Positions 1 through 23,959 of a stretch of 64,000 nucleotides of DNA are shown one piece after another. The position numbers and the translations under genes are program-made. The notes below the pieces were generated by a model. The model had not been told where the DNA came from, did not search any database, and saw only the letters and a program-made list of their open reading frames with translations. Numbering within the stretch: position 1 is the first letter of the stretch; every line of letters begins with the position of its first letter. Source of the stretch: Dictyostelium discoideum (lineage: Eukaryota); assembly GCA_000004695.1 (NCBI GenBank), contig CM000154.2, positions 3,328,001 through 3,392,000 of the forward strand. The letters are read 5' to 3'.

Positions 1-4493
<4,493 letters not shown>

Positions 4494-5060
4494 TTTTATT
4501 TTTTGATTTGTTTTGAATTTTTTTTTTTTTTTCGCAATCAATAAAAAAAAAAACTTTGATCAAACCTCTAATCAAAAAAAAAAAAATAAAAATAAAAATA
4601 AAAATAAAAATAAATATAAAAAAAAAGAAAAAAATATCTTTGACAATGTCTTTTTGAAACCCAATCTATTTTTTTTTTTTTTTTTTTTCCATTTTTTTTT
4701 TTTTTTTTGAAATTTAATTTTTTTAATTTTTTTTTTTTTTTGAAAAATTTAGATCCGATCTGATTTTTTTTCCTTTAAAAAGTTTTTTTAATTAATTTCA
4801 GTTAATTGTTTTCGGTTAAAGGGTTTTTTTTTTTTTTTTTTTTGTGAAAAAACTAAAAAATGAAAAAGAAAATAAAAAGAAAATTTTCCCTTTTTAAAAT
4901 TAATAAGTTTTAGTTGTTATTATATGGACAATAAATATTATTATAATTAAATAGTTAATAAAGTTATAAAAAATGTTTATTTCGTCTTTGATTTAAAATA
5001 AATAAAAAAAAAAAACTGGGATTTTAACTGTGGATTTATTTTTATTTTTTTTTTATTTTC

Positions 5061-5089
<29 letters not shown>

Positions 5090-5094
<5 letters not shown>

Positions 5095-5554
5095 TTTTAT
5101 TTTTATTTAGTTTTAAATTCGATAAATCTAAATATTTATTTTTAGAATATTTAAAATGATTTAAACAAAAAATATTATTATTAAAATAATGAATTTTAAT
5201 CTTTTCAATTGGTTTAAATAAATTTAAAGAATATTCTAAAAATTCTATATGACCCATTCTAAATAAAGTATTATATTCTTCATTTTCCAATATAAATGAA
5301 TCTTGATTAAAATTTGATATTATATATTTAAAGAGATTCAATTGTCCAATTTCACAAATTGATGAAACTATATTTCTTAATAAGTCCCAATACTTTGAAT
5401 TTTCAAATCTTTTATATAAAACTATAATTAAATCTATTAATTCAGTATTACCATATCTTAAACAATCATATTGAACTATTTTATAAATTGAACTATTTTT
5501 AAAAACATAATATTGTACATTTAATTTATCAATGAATTCAATTAATTCATTTTG

Positions 5555-5632
<78 letters not shown>

Positions 5633-7669
5633 TATTATTATTTTAAAATAGTTGAATAGATCTTTATTAAATGTATCAAGTTGACATTTTCCAATTTCAA
5701 TATCATTTGGTAAATTTAAAACAATATAATTAAAAAATAAAACATTATTAAAACAATGATAATTTTTATTTTTTGGAGTACGTTGAATTAAATAAATGAA
5801 TTGATCAATTGATAAAGTTAAATTTGAAACACTCCAAACATTAATCATTGAATAATTTGAAATGAAATCATCTATATTATCATAAACGAATTTATAAACA
5901 TCAAAACTTACACCACCATTATTAACCAAATCCAATTGTTCAATTGATGAATAATATTCTAATGAATAGTTTTTTTTAAAATGTTCAAAAATTATTGATT
6001 TATTATTATTTATTAAAATTTTTAAAATTGAATTTGATAATTGTTGATTTAATTCTTGGTCATTTATTATTATCTCTTTATATAATAAATCAAACATTTC
6101 AATTGATTTCACCATTGATATGAATATCCTTTTTAAACGTAATCTAATGGTTTCCTTATCCATTAATGATACAACATTTAAATAATCATCATTATTTAAA
6201 AGTTGATTTATTATTAATCTTGAAAATTGTAAATTATTTTCATTTATAAAACTTGACATTAATTTCTCAATTATTAATATTGAATTTGGTTGATTTTGTG
6301 ATTTTAAATCTACCAAAACATTATTTATATAGTTTATTTTAACAATTTCATCATTTTTACAAAATTTAAATAAACTATCATCAGAGTGACCCATTTCTAA
6401 CAAATCATGAAATTGATATTGACCAAACATTTTTAAATTTATAGATTTTGTTTTTATTGTTGAATTTTCAATTAATAATAATAATGTTGAATAATATTGA
6501 TAATCATTTTTATATTTAATATTAATATAATTTAAATTCTCTAAATAACAATTAAAATGATTTGTAAATGGTAATAATAAATTATAAATTTTTAAAACAT
6601 TTTCGTTTTCATTTAAATTAATATCCATAATATTTTTTAATAAATCATTTTTTGAAAATTTCATATTTTCTATTTCATTTAATTCTAATAAATTAATTTC
6701 AAAATTATTTATTACTTTTTCAAATTCTTTTAAAAATGTTAAATTATTAATTGTTGTATTTTTTAATTTATAAGATTTATCATTTACCGATTTTATAAAT
6801 TTATTAAATAATGATTTAATTTTAATTATAATTTTAACAGATTCTAATACTGTTGATAATTTTGATTGATAAATTTTAATATTAAATATGTATGGTGTTG
6901 GTATTTGATTATTTGGTAATGGTAATTTTAATTTGTTTAATAAAAAATTAAATTTTTCATTTATTCTTAAATGTTCATTTTCACTATCTTGAATTGATAT
7001 TGATGTACTACTACTACTATTTAATTCTATTGAATTTTCAATATCTTGATATAATAAATTCCAAATTTTAATTATTAATGAATTTGATTTTATAATTTTT
7101 AATTGATTAAATAAATAAAATGCGCATTCATATGATCCAATTATAAATGACTTAAAGAATAATTCAATTTGTAATTTATGATTAAAGTTTTCATGTAGAA
7201 CTTTTAATGCTAACTCATTATCGTAATCAATTAAAAGATTTTCAGTTTCTTGAATATTTGATTTTAAATAATAACTTGAATAATTTTTAAATAAATCTAT
7301 ATAAAAATTTAAATCCCAATGAATTGCTGCTTTTTCTTTATTAAATATACAATTCTTATTTAATAATAAATTTTTTGAATAAATAGTAGTGTTATTACTA
7401 CTTTTACAATAAACACTATGTGGCCATTCATTTTTATCATTACCAATACCATTTAAAACTAAATATTCAGAATTTTTGATTTTATCCTTTAATTGTTGAA
7501 AATAACCATTTTCAATTAAAAACAATGCTGATATTACTTTTTCAAATTTAATAATACCAAATCTATTATTACCAATTGATATATATTTAATAATTTTATT
7601 TCTAATAACAATATTCTTCCATATTTTATTATAAAATAAATTATCATTATTAACAAGTGAGTTTTGCAT
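5090..7669 (-). CDS. Member 1 of an Asn-rich paralogous family of unknown function, 859 aa.
   Basis: Long intact ORF. N-terminus NLFYNKIWKNIVIRNKIIKYI matches the ILFWKVFKNVVIRNLIFKVM motif of ORFs 42229.. and 45542... Internal NELALK and LKDKIKNSEY motifs are shared with them. A poly-N tract is encoded by (AAT)n at 5555-5640. Confidence 0.8.
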
Positions 7670-7909
7670 TCTAATTTATTTAATGTTTATAATACATTAA
7701 TTTTTATGTTTTTTAAAAAAAAAAAAAAAAAAAAAATTAAAAAAAAAAAAAAAAAAATTTCTATTTTTATTTTGATTAATAAAAAAAAAAAAAATTAAAA
7801 TAAAAAATTTCATATCTTGGGACTTATAAATAATTTTTAATTAGAATAAAAATAGAAATTCTTTTTTTTTTTTTTTTTTTTCACTTGCCTTTATGGCTTT
7901 ATAATTAGT

Positions 7910-8450
7910 TTTTTTTTTTTTTTTTTTTTTTTAATATTGGATTAACAAGATTGATATATGTCCATCTGTGTTAATACGATTTAATATTTATTTAAAGGCT
8001 TATCATTTAAGCTGAAGGGTTATTTTAATCATATGAATTGATCAAAAGATATAATATTTGGGAGAGATGATTCTGGAATACAATAGTAATTAGCTGTTGT
8101 TTTTCTTAGCTTGATCGTTGAAGTGAGAAGGATCTTAGGATCTTTGAAGTTATTATGGTCTTTTGCTGATAAGTTTTTCAGATCTTTTGCTTTTTTGATG
8201 TATTCTAGAGTGGCCAATTTGTGCCATTTCTTTAGAAGGGAGCTGTATGATAGTGATTCATCTGTTAAAGGATCTTCACTGTATATTTGATTGCAAATCC
8301 AAATCCAAATGTTGTGGAGGATAAGGGCCATTAGGTTTCTATATGCGAATGATCTGGTTAGATCATAGTCTATTGCTTTATAGTTCCATTCAAAGTATTC
8401 TTTGTGGAATCTGTGGTTGGCGTAATCTGCATTCACTTAATTAGTAAAAT
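7910..8450 (-). mobile_element. 5'-truncated non-LTR retrotransposon fragment: C-terminal ORF piece, ~100-bp 3' UTR and oligo(A) tail. It sits about 60 bp downstream of a tRNA gene and is probably TRE3-class.
   Basis: ORF 8029..8436 has GC about 33%, against <20% in the flanks, and C-ending codons (atc ctc cac aac ttc) atypical of Dictyostelium chromosomal genes. The element ends in A23 on the minus strand (plus-strand T-run 7910-7932). It sits just beyond the tRNA external B box, the known target zone of tRNA-targeted TRE elements. The family assignment is inferred from position and composition, not from recognised protein motifs. Confidence 0.45.
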
Positions 8451-8470
8451 GTTGTTTGGAAGTTGAGCTG

Positions 8471-8484
8471 GGAGTCGAACACTC
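8471..8484 (-). promoter_or_regulatory. External B box (ex-B) downstream of the tRNA gene.
   Basis: The minus-strand sequence GAGTGTTCGACTCC matches the Pol III B-box consensus GGTTCGANTCC at 10 of 11 positions. It lies about 30 bp past the tRNA terminator. Duplicated B boxes downstream of tRNA genes are an established Dictyostelium feature. Confidence 0.55.
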
Positions 8485-8503
8485 GACTTACGTACGGCAG
8501 CTC

Positions 8504-8511
8504 AAAAAAAA
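8504..8511 (-). terminator. RNA polymerase III oligo(T) terminator (T8) immediately after the tRNA 3' end.
   Basis: Eight A on the plus strand, which is eight T on the tRNA strand, directly following the discriminator base. Confidence 0.8.
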
Positions 8512-8601
8512 TGCCCGAGCTCAGAATCGAACTGAGGACCCTCTGTTATCGCTTTAGTACTAAGTACAAGACAGATATAATAACCACTATACGACACGGG
8601 C
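8512..8601 (-). tRNA. Intron-containing tRNA gene, 90 nt with a 17-nt intron after position 37. The anticodon is TGT (Thr) under canonical folding; a GTA (Tyr) reading was considered and is disfavoured.
   Basis: Hand fold of GCCCGTGTCGTATAGTGGTTATTATATCTGTCTTGTAC[intron]AACAGAGGGTCCTCAGTTCGATTCTGAGCTCGGGCA. Acceptor stem 7 bp with one U-U mismatch at 6-67. D arm GTAT/AGTGGTTA/TTAT. Anticodon stem TCTGT/ACAGA. Loop CUUGUA+A. T arm CTCAG-TTCGATT-CTGAG, a good B box. The A box is TCGTATAGTGG. Confidence 0.8.
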
Positions 8602-9195
8602 TTTTTGATGAAAAATTTAATTGTTATACCCTATTAAATACTAAATAAAAAATTAATATACTTAATGTTAGGGTGTCATATTCATTTGGAGTAAATAATC
8701 TGTGAACTTAAAAATCTCACAGCGGCTTAGAAAAAAACAAAAGTAATATTGATAATTCAATAAAAATCAAAAACAAAAATTTAAAAAAAAAAAAAAAAAA
8801 ATACCCAACATAAAATGAGAACAAGTATTCCAAGGAGAAACAACAATCCAAAATAAAGATAATTGGCAAAAATTTTGAATTCTCCAAAAAAAAATAATAC
8901 TGAATGGGGAATTAAAAAAAAAAAAAATATTATATGAAACTGTTGATTAAAAATACAATTTAAAAATTTATATACTTTCAAAATAAAATTAAATTTCCTT
9001 TTGTCAATATTTTTCTAAATAATGTTTAACCAAGTCAACTTTAAGTTAGTATTATTTTTTTTTATTGACAGAAATGATAAATATGAAAAAAAAAAAAAAA
9101 AAAAATTCATAAGCGATGAGTCCATAAAAAAAAAAAAATCATTTTCAAATAATTTCTTTTACTAAAAATTTTATTTGAAAATTTTCAAAAAAAAA

Positions 9196-9272
9196 AAAGC
9201 CATTTGGAAAGTTTTTTTGGGTATCCATTTCACATTAATTTCAAAATAAAAAAAGCCATTGGGAAAGTTTTG
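9196..9272 (+). promoter_or_regulatory. Direct repeat AAAAAGCCATT(T/G)GGAAAGTTTT, two copies 55 bp apart, in the actin upstream region.
   Basis: Copies at 9196-9216 and 9251-9272, 130-200 bp upstream of the actin ATG. They are GC-containing islands within oligo-A/T. The function is inferred, not known. Confidence 0.35.
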
Positions 9273-9328
9273 TTTTTTTTTCATTTTTTATTTTTTTTTA
9301 TTATTTTTTTTTTTTTTTTGAGATTTGG

Positions 9329-9335
9329 TATAAAT
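9329..9335 (+). promoter_or_regulatory. TATA box (TATAAAT) followed by an oligo(dA)/(dT) stretch, which is a core promoter of Dictyostelium type, for the actin gene.
   Basis: ggTATAAATtc sits 68 bp upstream of ATG 9403. It is preceded by a T17 run and followed by an A11 run. Confidence 0.6.
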
Positions 9336-9396
9336 TCAAAAAAAAAAAAGTTTTTTAAATCATTATTAATAAAAACTTAAAATAAATTATATATAA

Positions 9397-10533
<1,137 letters not shown>

Positions 10534-10794
10534 ACAAACAAACAAAAAACTAGTGATGAAAGTGCTTCTCACAAATATTTATGTAAAATATATATATAAT
10601 AAATTTTAATTTTTCTTTTTATTTTGTTTAGTTGTTGATCTTTATCCGACTTTCCAAATATAAAAAAAAAAAAAAAAAATATCTAGATTTCAATTTTATT
10701 TTCTTATTTATTTTCAATTTTTTTTTTTCTACACACTATATATTTTATTTTTATTTTTATTTTTTTTTTTAAAATAAATATTATTATTTTTAAA

Positions 10795-12114
10795 ATGACA
10801 ATCACATTTGAAGTTTGTGATAATTTAGAATTAGAGGGAGTTGAAAATTTTTATTCATTTGATATTAAAATTTTTATAGAAGAACAAATTAATAAATCAA
10901 TTCCAAACACAACAGAAAGTTATGGTGAATTATTTAATCAATTTAAAGAGAAAGGAATAAAAGATTTAACAGAAATCCATAAATTAGTAAATGAAAAAAT
11001 AAAAGAAAATGATTTAAAAAGAAAATTAAAAATTGAAGAACTTTTTAAAAAAACAAATATTTTAAAATCAAGTTTAGATAATATAGGAGATAAAGAAAAA
11101 AAAGAAAATGAAGATTTAAAAATTATTGTTGGATATAATAGTTTTGTATACTCTGCGTGGGAAAGTTATAATAATCATAATCATTTAGTATTACGTCCTG
11201 ATAATATTTGGATGGCAATAGTTTCACAATTTTCATTTTATATAAATAAATATAATAAAGAATTACGTAATAAATTTGTAGATTTTCATGAAAAGAAAAT
11301 TTTACAAGTTTTTACAGATTATTCAATTTTAGATGGTAATGGTAATGGTAATGGTAGTGGTATCAGTGATGATATATCCTTTGAAAAATTAACAAATGAT
11401 ATGGTGGATGAAATTTGTAAAAATATTAAAGATCCATCAATTAGGGATTGGATAATACCATCATTTTCAACTACAACTTTATCAGATAAAATTATTTTCT
11501 CATCAGCATTAATGTCAACATTAAAAAAAGATTTCATTTATAGGTATGGTAGTAAATGTGGTTTACCAAAGGTTACATTACTTGGTACAGTTGATGATTG
11601 GATTCAATTAAAAGAAAGATCATTAAAATTAAAAGAATTCAATATTTTTGATAGTGATAGTAATAATAGTAGTGGTGACGGTGATGGCGATGAAAATTTA
11701 ATGAACAAATGGGTTGATAAATATTTATTAGAAATTTTAGATAATTTCATTGAATCATCAAATGGAAAACCAAATAAAACTTGGTGGAATCAAATCATTG
11801 ATTTTAGAGAACAATCTGGAAGTTCAGTTTTATCAGGTTGGTTATCAGCATTTTGTTTATTTAAGGATGATGGAAGTTTTGAAGATAATGCACATTTAGA
11901 TAGTCCTCAATTATATCCAGAAACTAAATGGCCAAAAGTTAATTGTATTTCAATTCCAAATGGTTTCATTTCAACTCCTATTCAATTAACTGATTCAAAT
12001 GGTAATATTTTTAATTCTCAATTATTTTCTGGTCATTTTGCTTCAAAAATAAAAAACAATAATACTTTAATACCATCATTAGATTGGTTTATTATTTCTA
12101 ATCTAGATATTTAA
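10795..12114 (+). CDS. Hypothetical protein, 439 aa, function unknown. It carries internal GNGNGNGSG and GDGDGD low-complexity tracts and a conserved C-terminal region with GKPNKTWWNQIIDFREQSGSSVLSGWLSAFC.
   Basis: Intact ORF with an AAAATG start. Its C-terminal ~130 aa are reproduced by a degenerate copy at 23960-24360. Confidence 0.75.
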   Translation: MTITFEVCDNLELEGVENFYSFDIKIFIEEQINKSIPNTTESYGELFNQFKEKGIKDLTEIHKLVNEKIKENDLKRKLKIEELFKKTNILKSSLDNIGDKEKKENEDLKIIVGYNSFVYSAWESYNNHNHLVLRPDNIWMAIVSQFSFYINKYNKELRNKFVDFHEKKILQVFTDYSILDGNGNGNGSGISDDISFEKLTNDMVDEICKNIKDPSIRDWIIPSFSTTTLSDKIIFSSALMSTLKKDFIYRYGSKCGLPKVTLLGTVDDWIQLKERSLKLKEFNIFDSDSNNSSGDGDGDENLMNKWVDKYLLEILDNFIESSNGKPNKTWWNQIIDFREQSGSSVLSGWLSAFCLFKDDGSFEDNAHLDSPQLYPETKWPKVNCISIPNGFISTPIQLTDSNGNIFNSQLFSGHFASKIKNNNTLIPSLDWFIISNLDI

Positions 12115-12348
12115 AAAAAAAAAAAAAAAAAAAACAAATAAAAAAACAAAACAAAAATAAAATAAATCAGATTGTCTTATAGATATTCGAACTCATTAGT
12201 TGGATAGGGTTATAATAATAAATTTTTTTTTTTTTCAAATTTAATTATGCAATTTTTTTTTTTTTTAAGATATTTAATAACCTTCAATATGTCACTGTTG
12301 TAAATAAAATAAAAATAAATAATTTAAAAAAAAAAAAAAAAAAAAAAA

Positions 12349-12378
12349 TTTTCATTTTTCATTTTTCATTTTTCATTA
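12349..12378. repeat. (TTTCA)n pentanucleotide repeat of about 5 units, 45 bp upstream of the pex1 ATG.
   Basis: ttttcatttttcatttttcatttttcatt read directly. Confidence 0.8.
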
Positions 12379-12419
12379 ATTTTTTTATATTTTTTGTTTA
12401 AAACGACACATAATTAAAA

Positions 12420-15400
12420 ATGGAGTTACATGTTCAATTAAAACATAGTACTGACTGTTTCGTTTCACTTCCACCTAAAATAGTACATTCACTGTTATTA
12501 TTATCAGAAGTATGTATATTTTTATTTCAAAAAAAAAAAAAATATATCAAAATTAAAATCAAAATTAATTTTTTAATAATTTAAAAAAAAAAAAAAAAAA
12601 AAAAGAAACAATCAAAATCATTAGGTACATTAGGATTAGAAATAACATGGTATGATAAAATTAATAAAAAAGAGAATAAAGGATATGTTGGATGGGCAGG
12701 TGGATCAACAGATCCAAGATTCACAGATTCAATAGAGATGAGTCAAGAGATGGCACAATGTTTAGGTGGTATAAAGAATGAGCAAAAATTAAAACTAAAA
12801 GCATTAAATAATATTGAATTAGCTCATTCAGTTCAAGTTGAACCATTAACATCAGATGATTGGGAAATTATGGAAGTTCATCAACAATACCTAGAAGAAC
12901 AATTACTTAATCAAGTTAATATTTTATATAGTGGTCAAATCGTACCAATTTGGATTCATCATAAAACTATAATTAAATTAAAAGTTACTGAAACTTTACC
13001 AACACCAGTAGTTAAATTATCTTCAAATTCTGAAATTATAGTTGCACCAAAACCTAGAAATTTACCAACAACAACAACATCATCACAACAACAACAAATT
13101 TCAAAAGAAACTTTAAAACCAAGATTTTTACAAATTAAAGATTTTAAAATAGATTATAATAATAATAATACATTTATAAATGAAATTTATATAAATAAAG
13201 AGTTATTAAACCAATTTCAATGGAATATTGGTGATATTATAGAAATTTCAAAAGTTTCAAAAAATAATAATAAAAATAATAAAAAAGAAAAGAATAATAA
13301 TGGTGGTGATGAAGAAGAAGATGATGATGATAATGAAGAGTTTGACGATGATGATGATGATGATAATAATAATAATGAAGATGATACAAGTAAATTACAA
13401 AAACAATTAGATAATAAAAATAATAATAATAAGAAGAATAAGAAGAATAATAAAACAATTTATGCAAGAGTATTTATAAATGATAAATCAAATAATCAAC
13501 AAGTATTAATTCATAGAAATATTAGAACTATTGGTAATTTCTATATAAATACAATTGTTAGATTAAAATATACAACAAGTCATTCATTACCAATTTGTCC
13601 AATTGGTTCAATTTTAGTTAAACAAGTTATTTGGAAACAAAATTCATTATCAAATTTAATAAAACAACAATCATCACAAAAAATATATTCAGTTGAACAA
13701 ATTAAAGAACAAATTAAAGTTTGGTCAAATAATAATTTATCAAATAATCAAAGATATCCATTATTAAATGGTTCAATAGTTTCAATTAATTCAAATTTAG
13801 ATTTATCATTTAATTTTAATAATTTAACATCATCAATTATTCCTCCTACATCATCATCATCATCATCACCTTCAAATAATTTAGATTCTCAAAGATCAAA
13901 TAATAATAATAACAATATTAATAATGATCAATTAAATGATATAACTAATAATATGAATAATCCATATTTATCAAGTATTCAACAAATTGGTGATATTATG
14001 TCAAATTTAAATACTAATAATAATCAAAATAATCAAAATAATAATTCAAATAAATTAATGAATCAATTTCAAATGAATAATGGTATATTTATGTTAAGTT
14101 TAGAAATTTTATCAAATGATAAATTATTAAAGATTGAAAGTGGTGGTAATAATTCAATTGAAAAAAAGAAATCATTAGAGGATTATAATGAAATTGGTGA
14201 TAGATTATTTCAAAGAATTGGTGGTATGGAAAAACAAATTAAACAAGCTAAAGAGTTTTTATCATTATATATGTATAAAGATTTATCAGTAATACGTGAA
14301 CAATTAAATACACCAGGTGTTAATGGTATGATCATTGCAGGTAGTCATGGTAGTGGTAAATCGTTATTGGCAACTTCATTGGGTGGTTATTATTCAACAG
14401 ATTCAAGATCAAATGCTTTCATTATAAAATTAGATTGTAATCAATTAAAAGAATTAAAAGTTGAAAATATAAGAAAACAATTTAATAAATTATTTTATAA
14501 ATCTTGTAAAGAAAGTGGTAATACTTTATCAGCAACCACATCAACTAATACTACGCCACCACCAATAATAATAATTTTAGAATCATTAGATTTAATATTG
14601 GGTACACCAAATGATCAAGATCCAGGTTCAAAAATTAGATGTGAACAATTAGTATCACATATTAAATCATTATGTTTTAAATATCAAAATAGGTCAAGTC
14701 CAATTGTTATGATTGCAACTGTAATCTCATCACAATCATTATGTCAATCAATTCAAATACCAGAATTATTTGGATTAACAATCGAATTACAAGCACCAAC
14801 AAGAGAAGAACGTGTTGAAATACTTGAAAGATATTTAAAGTATCAAGGTAAACAATTAAAAGATCAACAATCATTAAATTTAATGAAATTCTCTGCTTCT
14901 ATGGAAGGTTATTTAGGTTGTGATGTTGAACAAATTGTTGATCGTTCAATACATTTATCTTCAATTAAAGAGATTGAAAATAATAATAATAATAACGATG
15001 ATAATGATGATGATAATATTATTGAATTTTCAATAATTGAAAAAGCAAAAGAAGGTTATACACCAATAACATTGAAAGGTATAAAATTACATAGTTCAGA
15101 GATTAAATGGCAAGATATTGGTGGATTGGATTCAGTTAGAGCAATGTTAAAGGAAACTATTGAATGGCCAACTAAATATCCAAAATTATTTCAATCATCA
15201 CCATTACGTTTAAGATCGGGTATTCTATTATATGGTCCAACTGGTTGTGGTAAAACTTTATTGGCATCTGCAATCGCCGGTGAATGTGGTTTAAATTTCA
15301 TCTCTGTAAAGGGACCGGAATTGTTGAATAAATATATTGGTTCATCCGAACAAGGCGTTAGAGATGTTTTCTCAAGAGCATCTTCTGCAAAACCTTGTGT

Positions 15401-16124
15401 TTTATTTTTCGATGAATTCGATAGTATTGCACCACGTAGAGGTCACGATAATTCTGGTGTCACTGATAGAGTGGTAAATCAATTCCTCACTCAATTGGAT
15501 GGTGTTGAAGGGTTAACTGGTGTTTATGTTTTGGCAGCAACTAGTAGACCTGATTTAATAGATCCTGCACTACTACGTCCTGGTAGATTAGATAAATCAT
15601 TATATTGTAATATACCAGAGTTTAATGAACGTTTAGATATTCTAACTTGTTTAAAGAGTAAAATGAATTTATCACCATCAATATCTCTTGAACAATTGTC
15701 AACAAATACTCAATATTACACTGGTGCTGATTTAAGAGCATTAATGTATAATGCTCAATTAAAATCAATTCATGAATGGATGAATCATTTAGAAGAAGAA
15801 AAGAAAAGAAAAAGAAAAGAAAAAGAAGATCAATCGAATAAAAACAGTTCTCAACAACAAGATGATTTTATTATATTTCAACCTAAAAATAATGATAATT
15901 CAATTTCAAAATCAAATTTAACATTTGAAGAAAAAACAAATCTCCAAAAACAAATTGATACTATTAAATCTCAATTTATAAATTCAAATACCTCTACTTT
16001 AAATAAATCAAATTTATCAAATGAACAACCACCATTAATAACTCAATCTCATATTGATTTGGCTTTGAAAGAATCTTCACCATCTATCTCTGAATCTGAA
16101 AGAAAAAAATATGAAAGAATGTAA
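12420..16124 (+). CDS. pex1: Peroxin-1 (PEX1) AAA+ ATPase, about 1202 aa, as join(12420..12509, 12606..16124).
   Basis: Exon 1 encodes MELHVQLKHSTDCFVSLPPKIVHSLLLLSE, matching the PEX1 N-domain DCF.HLP motif. The intron starts GTATGT at 12510 and ends AG at 12604-12605, in phase. Exon 2 matches the PEX1 N-domain (VQVEPLTSDDWEIMEVHQQYLEEQLL). D1 has a degenerate Walker A (GSHGSGKS). D2 has a canonical AAA domain (LLYGPTGCGKTLLASAIA ... VLFFDEFDSIAPRRG ... AATSRPDLIDPALLRPGRLD). Confidence 0.9.
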
Positions 16125-17020
16125 GTTTTTTTAATATATATATTTATTATTTTTCCAATTAAATATTTAATTAAAAATATTTATATTAATAATTTTTTTT
16201 TTTTTTTTTTTTTTTTATCCAAAGTTATAATAATTTTTTAAAAGAAAGAGGATCAGTCACTGGTAACAAGAAAGAAGGAGTACCAAAACAAACATTGGCT
16301 TAATTTTTAATATATTAAATATAGAACAAAAAAAAAAAAAAAAAAAAAAAAACCAATTTTATTTTTTTTTTTTTTTTTTTTTAATTAATTAATTAATAAT
16401 AATTTTTTTTTTTTTTACCCACATTCTATAAAAAAAAAAAAAATTTTGGGAATTTTTTTAAAAGGGATTAAAATTTTCGGAAAGAAATCATTGGGGTGGA
16501 AAAAAAATGGCCATTTTTTTTTCCTAGGATTTGAAAAGGGGAATTTTTTTTTAAATTAAAAAAATAAATAAATTTGAATTTTTTTTTTTTTAAAAATGGA
16601 AAGGGGGCAACTTACTTAAAAACCCGCAAGTTTTAAAAGGGGAAGAAGAATTTATTTTTAATATTGTTTCCCCCCTTTTTTTTTTTTTTTTTTTTTTGGA
16701 AATTTTTCCCCCCCTTTATTTTTAAAAAAAAAAATTTTTGGAAAATAATTTTTATTTTAAAAAAAATTCCGGGGCCAAATTTAAAAAAATTTAAAAAAAT
16801 TTAAAAACCCCCAAAAATAAAAGGGGTTTAAAATCAAAGGGGGGGTTAAAAAAAAAAAAATTTTTGCCAAACCCCTTTGGGGGGGTTTTGGGAATTTGGG
16901 TTTCTTTCCCCTTTTTTTTTTTATTTTTTTCCCAAATTTAATTTTTTTTTTTTCAAATCATTTTTTTATTTATTTTCAAAAGCCCAATAAAACAAATAAA
17001 ATAAAATAAAATAAAATAAA

Positions 17021-17064
<44 letters not shown>

Positions 17065-17166
17065 AAAAAAAAATTAATAATCACAAAACTTCAAAAAAAA
17101 TTAATAATCACCGAACTTCAAAAAAAAAAAAAAAAAAAAAATAATATAATAAATAAATAAATAAAT

Positions 17167-21018
<3,852 letters not shown>

Positions 21019-21065
21019 TATTTTCAATTGTACATAGATGGAAAAAAAAAAAAAGGTCTTACAAA

Positions 21066-21125
21066 ATAAAATAATAAATATAAAATAAATATAAAATAAA
21101 TATAAAATAAATATAAAATAAATAA
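21066..21125. repeat. 11-bp tandem repeat (ATAAAATAAAT)x5 in the convergent 3' intergenic region.
   Basis: Read directly from the sequence. Confidence 0.8.
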
Positions 21126-21144
21126 AATTTCTTTACAATTTTTA

Positions 21145-23713
<2,569 letters not shown>

Positions 23714-23959
23714 TTTAGTGTGGTTTGGTTAAAAAAAAAAAAAAAAAAAAAATAAAAATTAAAAAAAAAAAAACAAAAAAAACAAAAATAGATTTTGAAA
23801 TTTAAAAAAAATAAAAAAAAATGAAACAAAACAGAAAGGGCGTTGGAAATTTAAAAAACTACAAAAAAAAAAAAAGAAAGATATAAAATAAAATAAAAAA
23901 AAAATCAATATTTTAATATCTGCTATTTTATATTTTTATTTTTAATTTTTTATTTTATT

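Noticed and set aside
4513-4710. Lys-rich 65-aa ORF and other tiny AT-only ORFs (8781..8981, 30983..31171, 40967..41218, 50605..50796, 51192..51428, 56267..56524, 56932..57114).
   Set aside because: They are pure A/T homopolymer translations in intergenic or promoter DNA, with no coding signal.
8512-8601. Assigning the tRNA as Tyr(GTA).
   Set aside because: This is the usual intron-bearing tRNA, but the GTA reading would put C at position 37 and break the 5-bp anticodon stem TCTGT/ACAGA. The canonical fold gives anticodon TGT, so Tyr is a disfavoured alternative.
8463-8648. Plus-strand 61-aa ORF overlapping the tRNA.
   Set aside because: The region is fully explained by the minus-strand tRNA gene, its terminator and the ex-B box.
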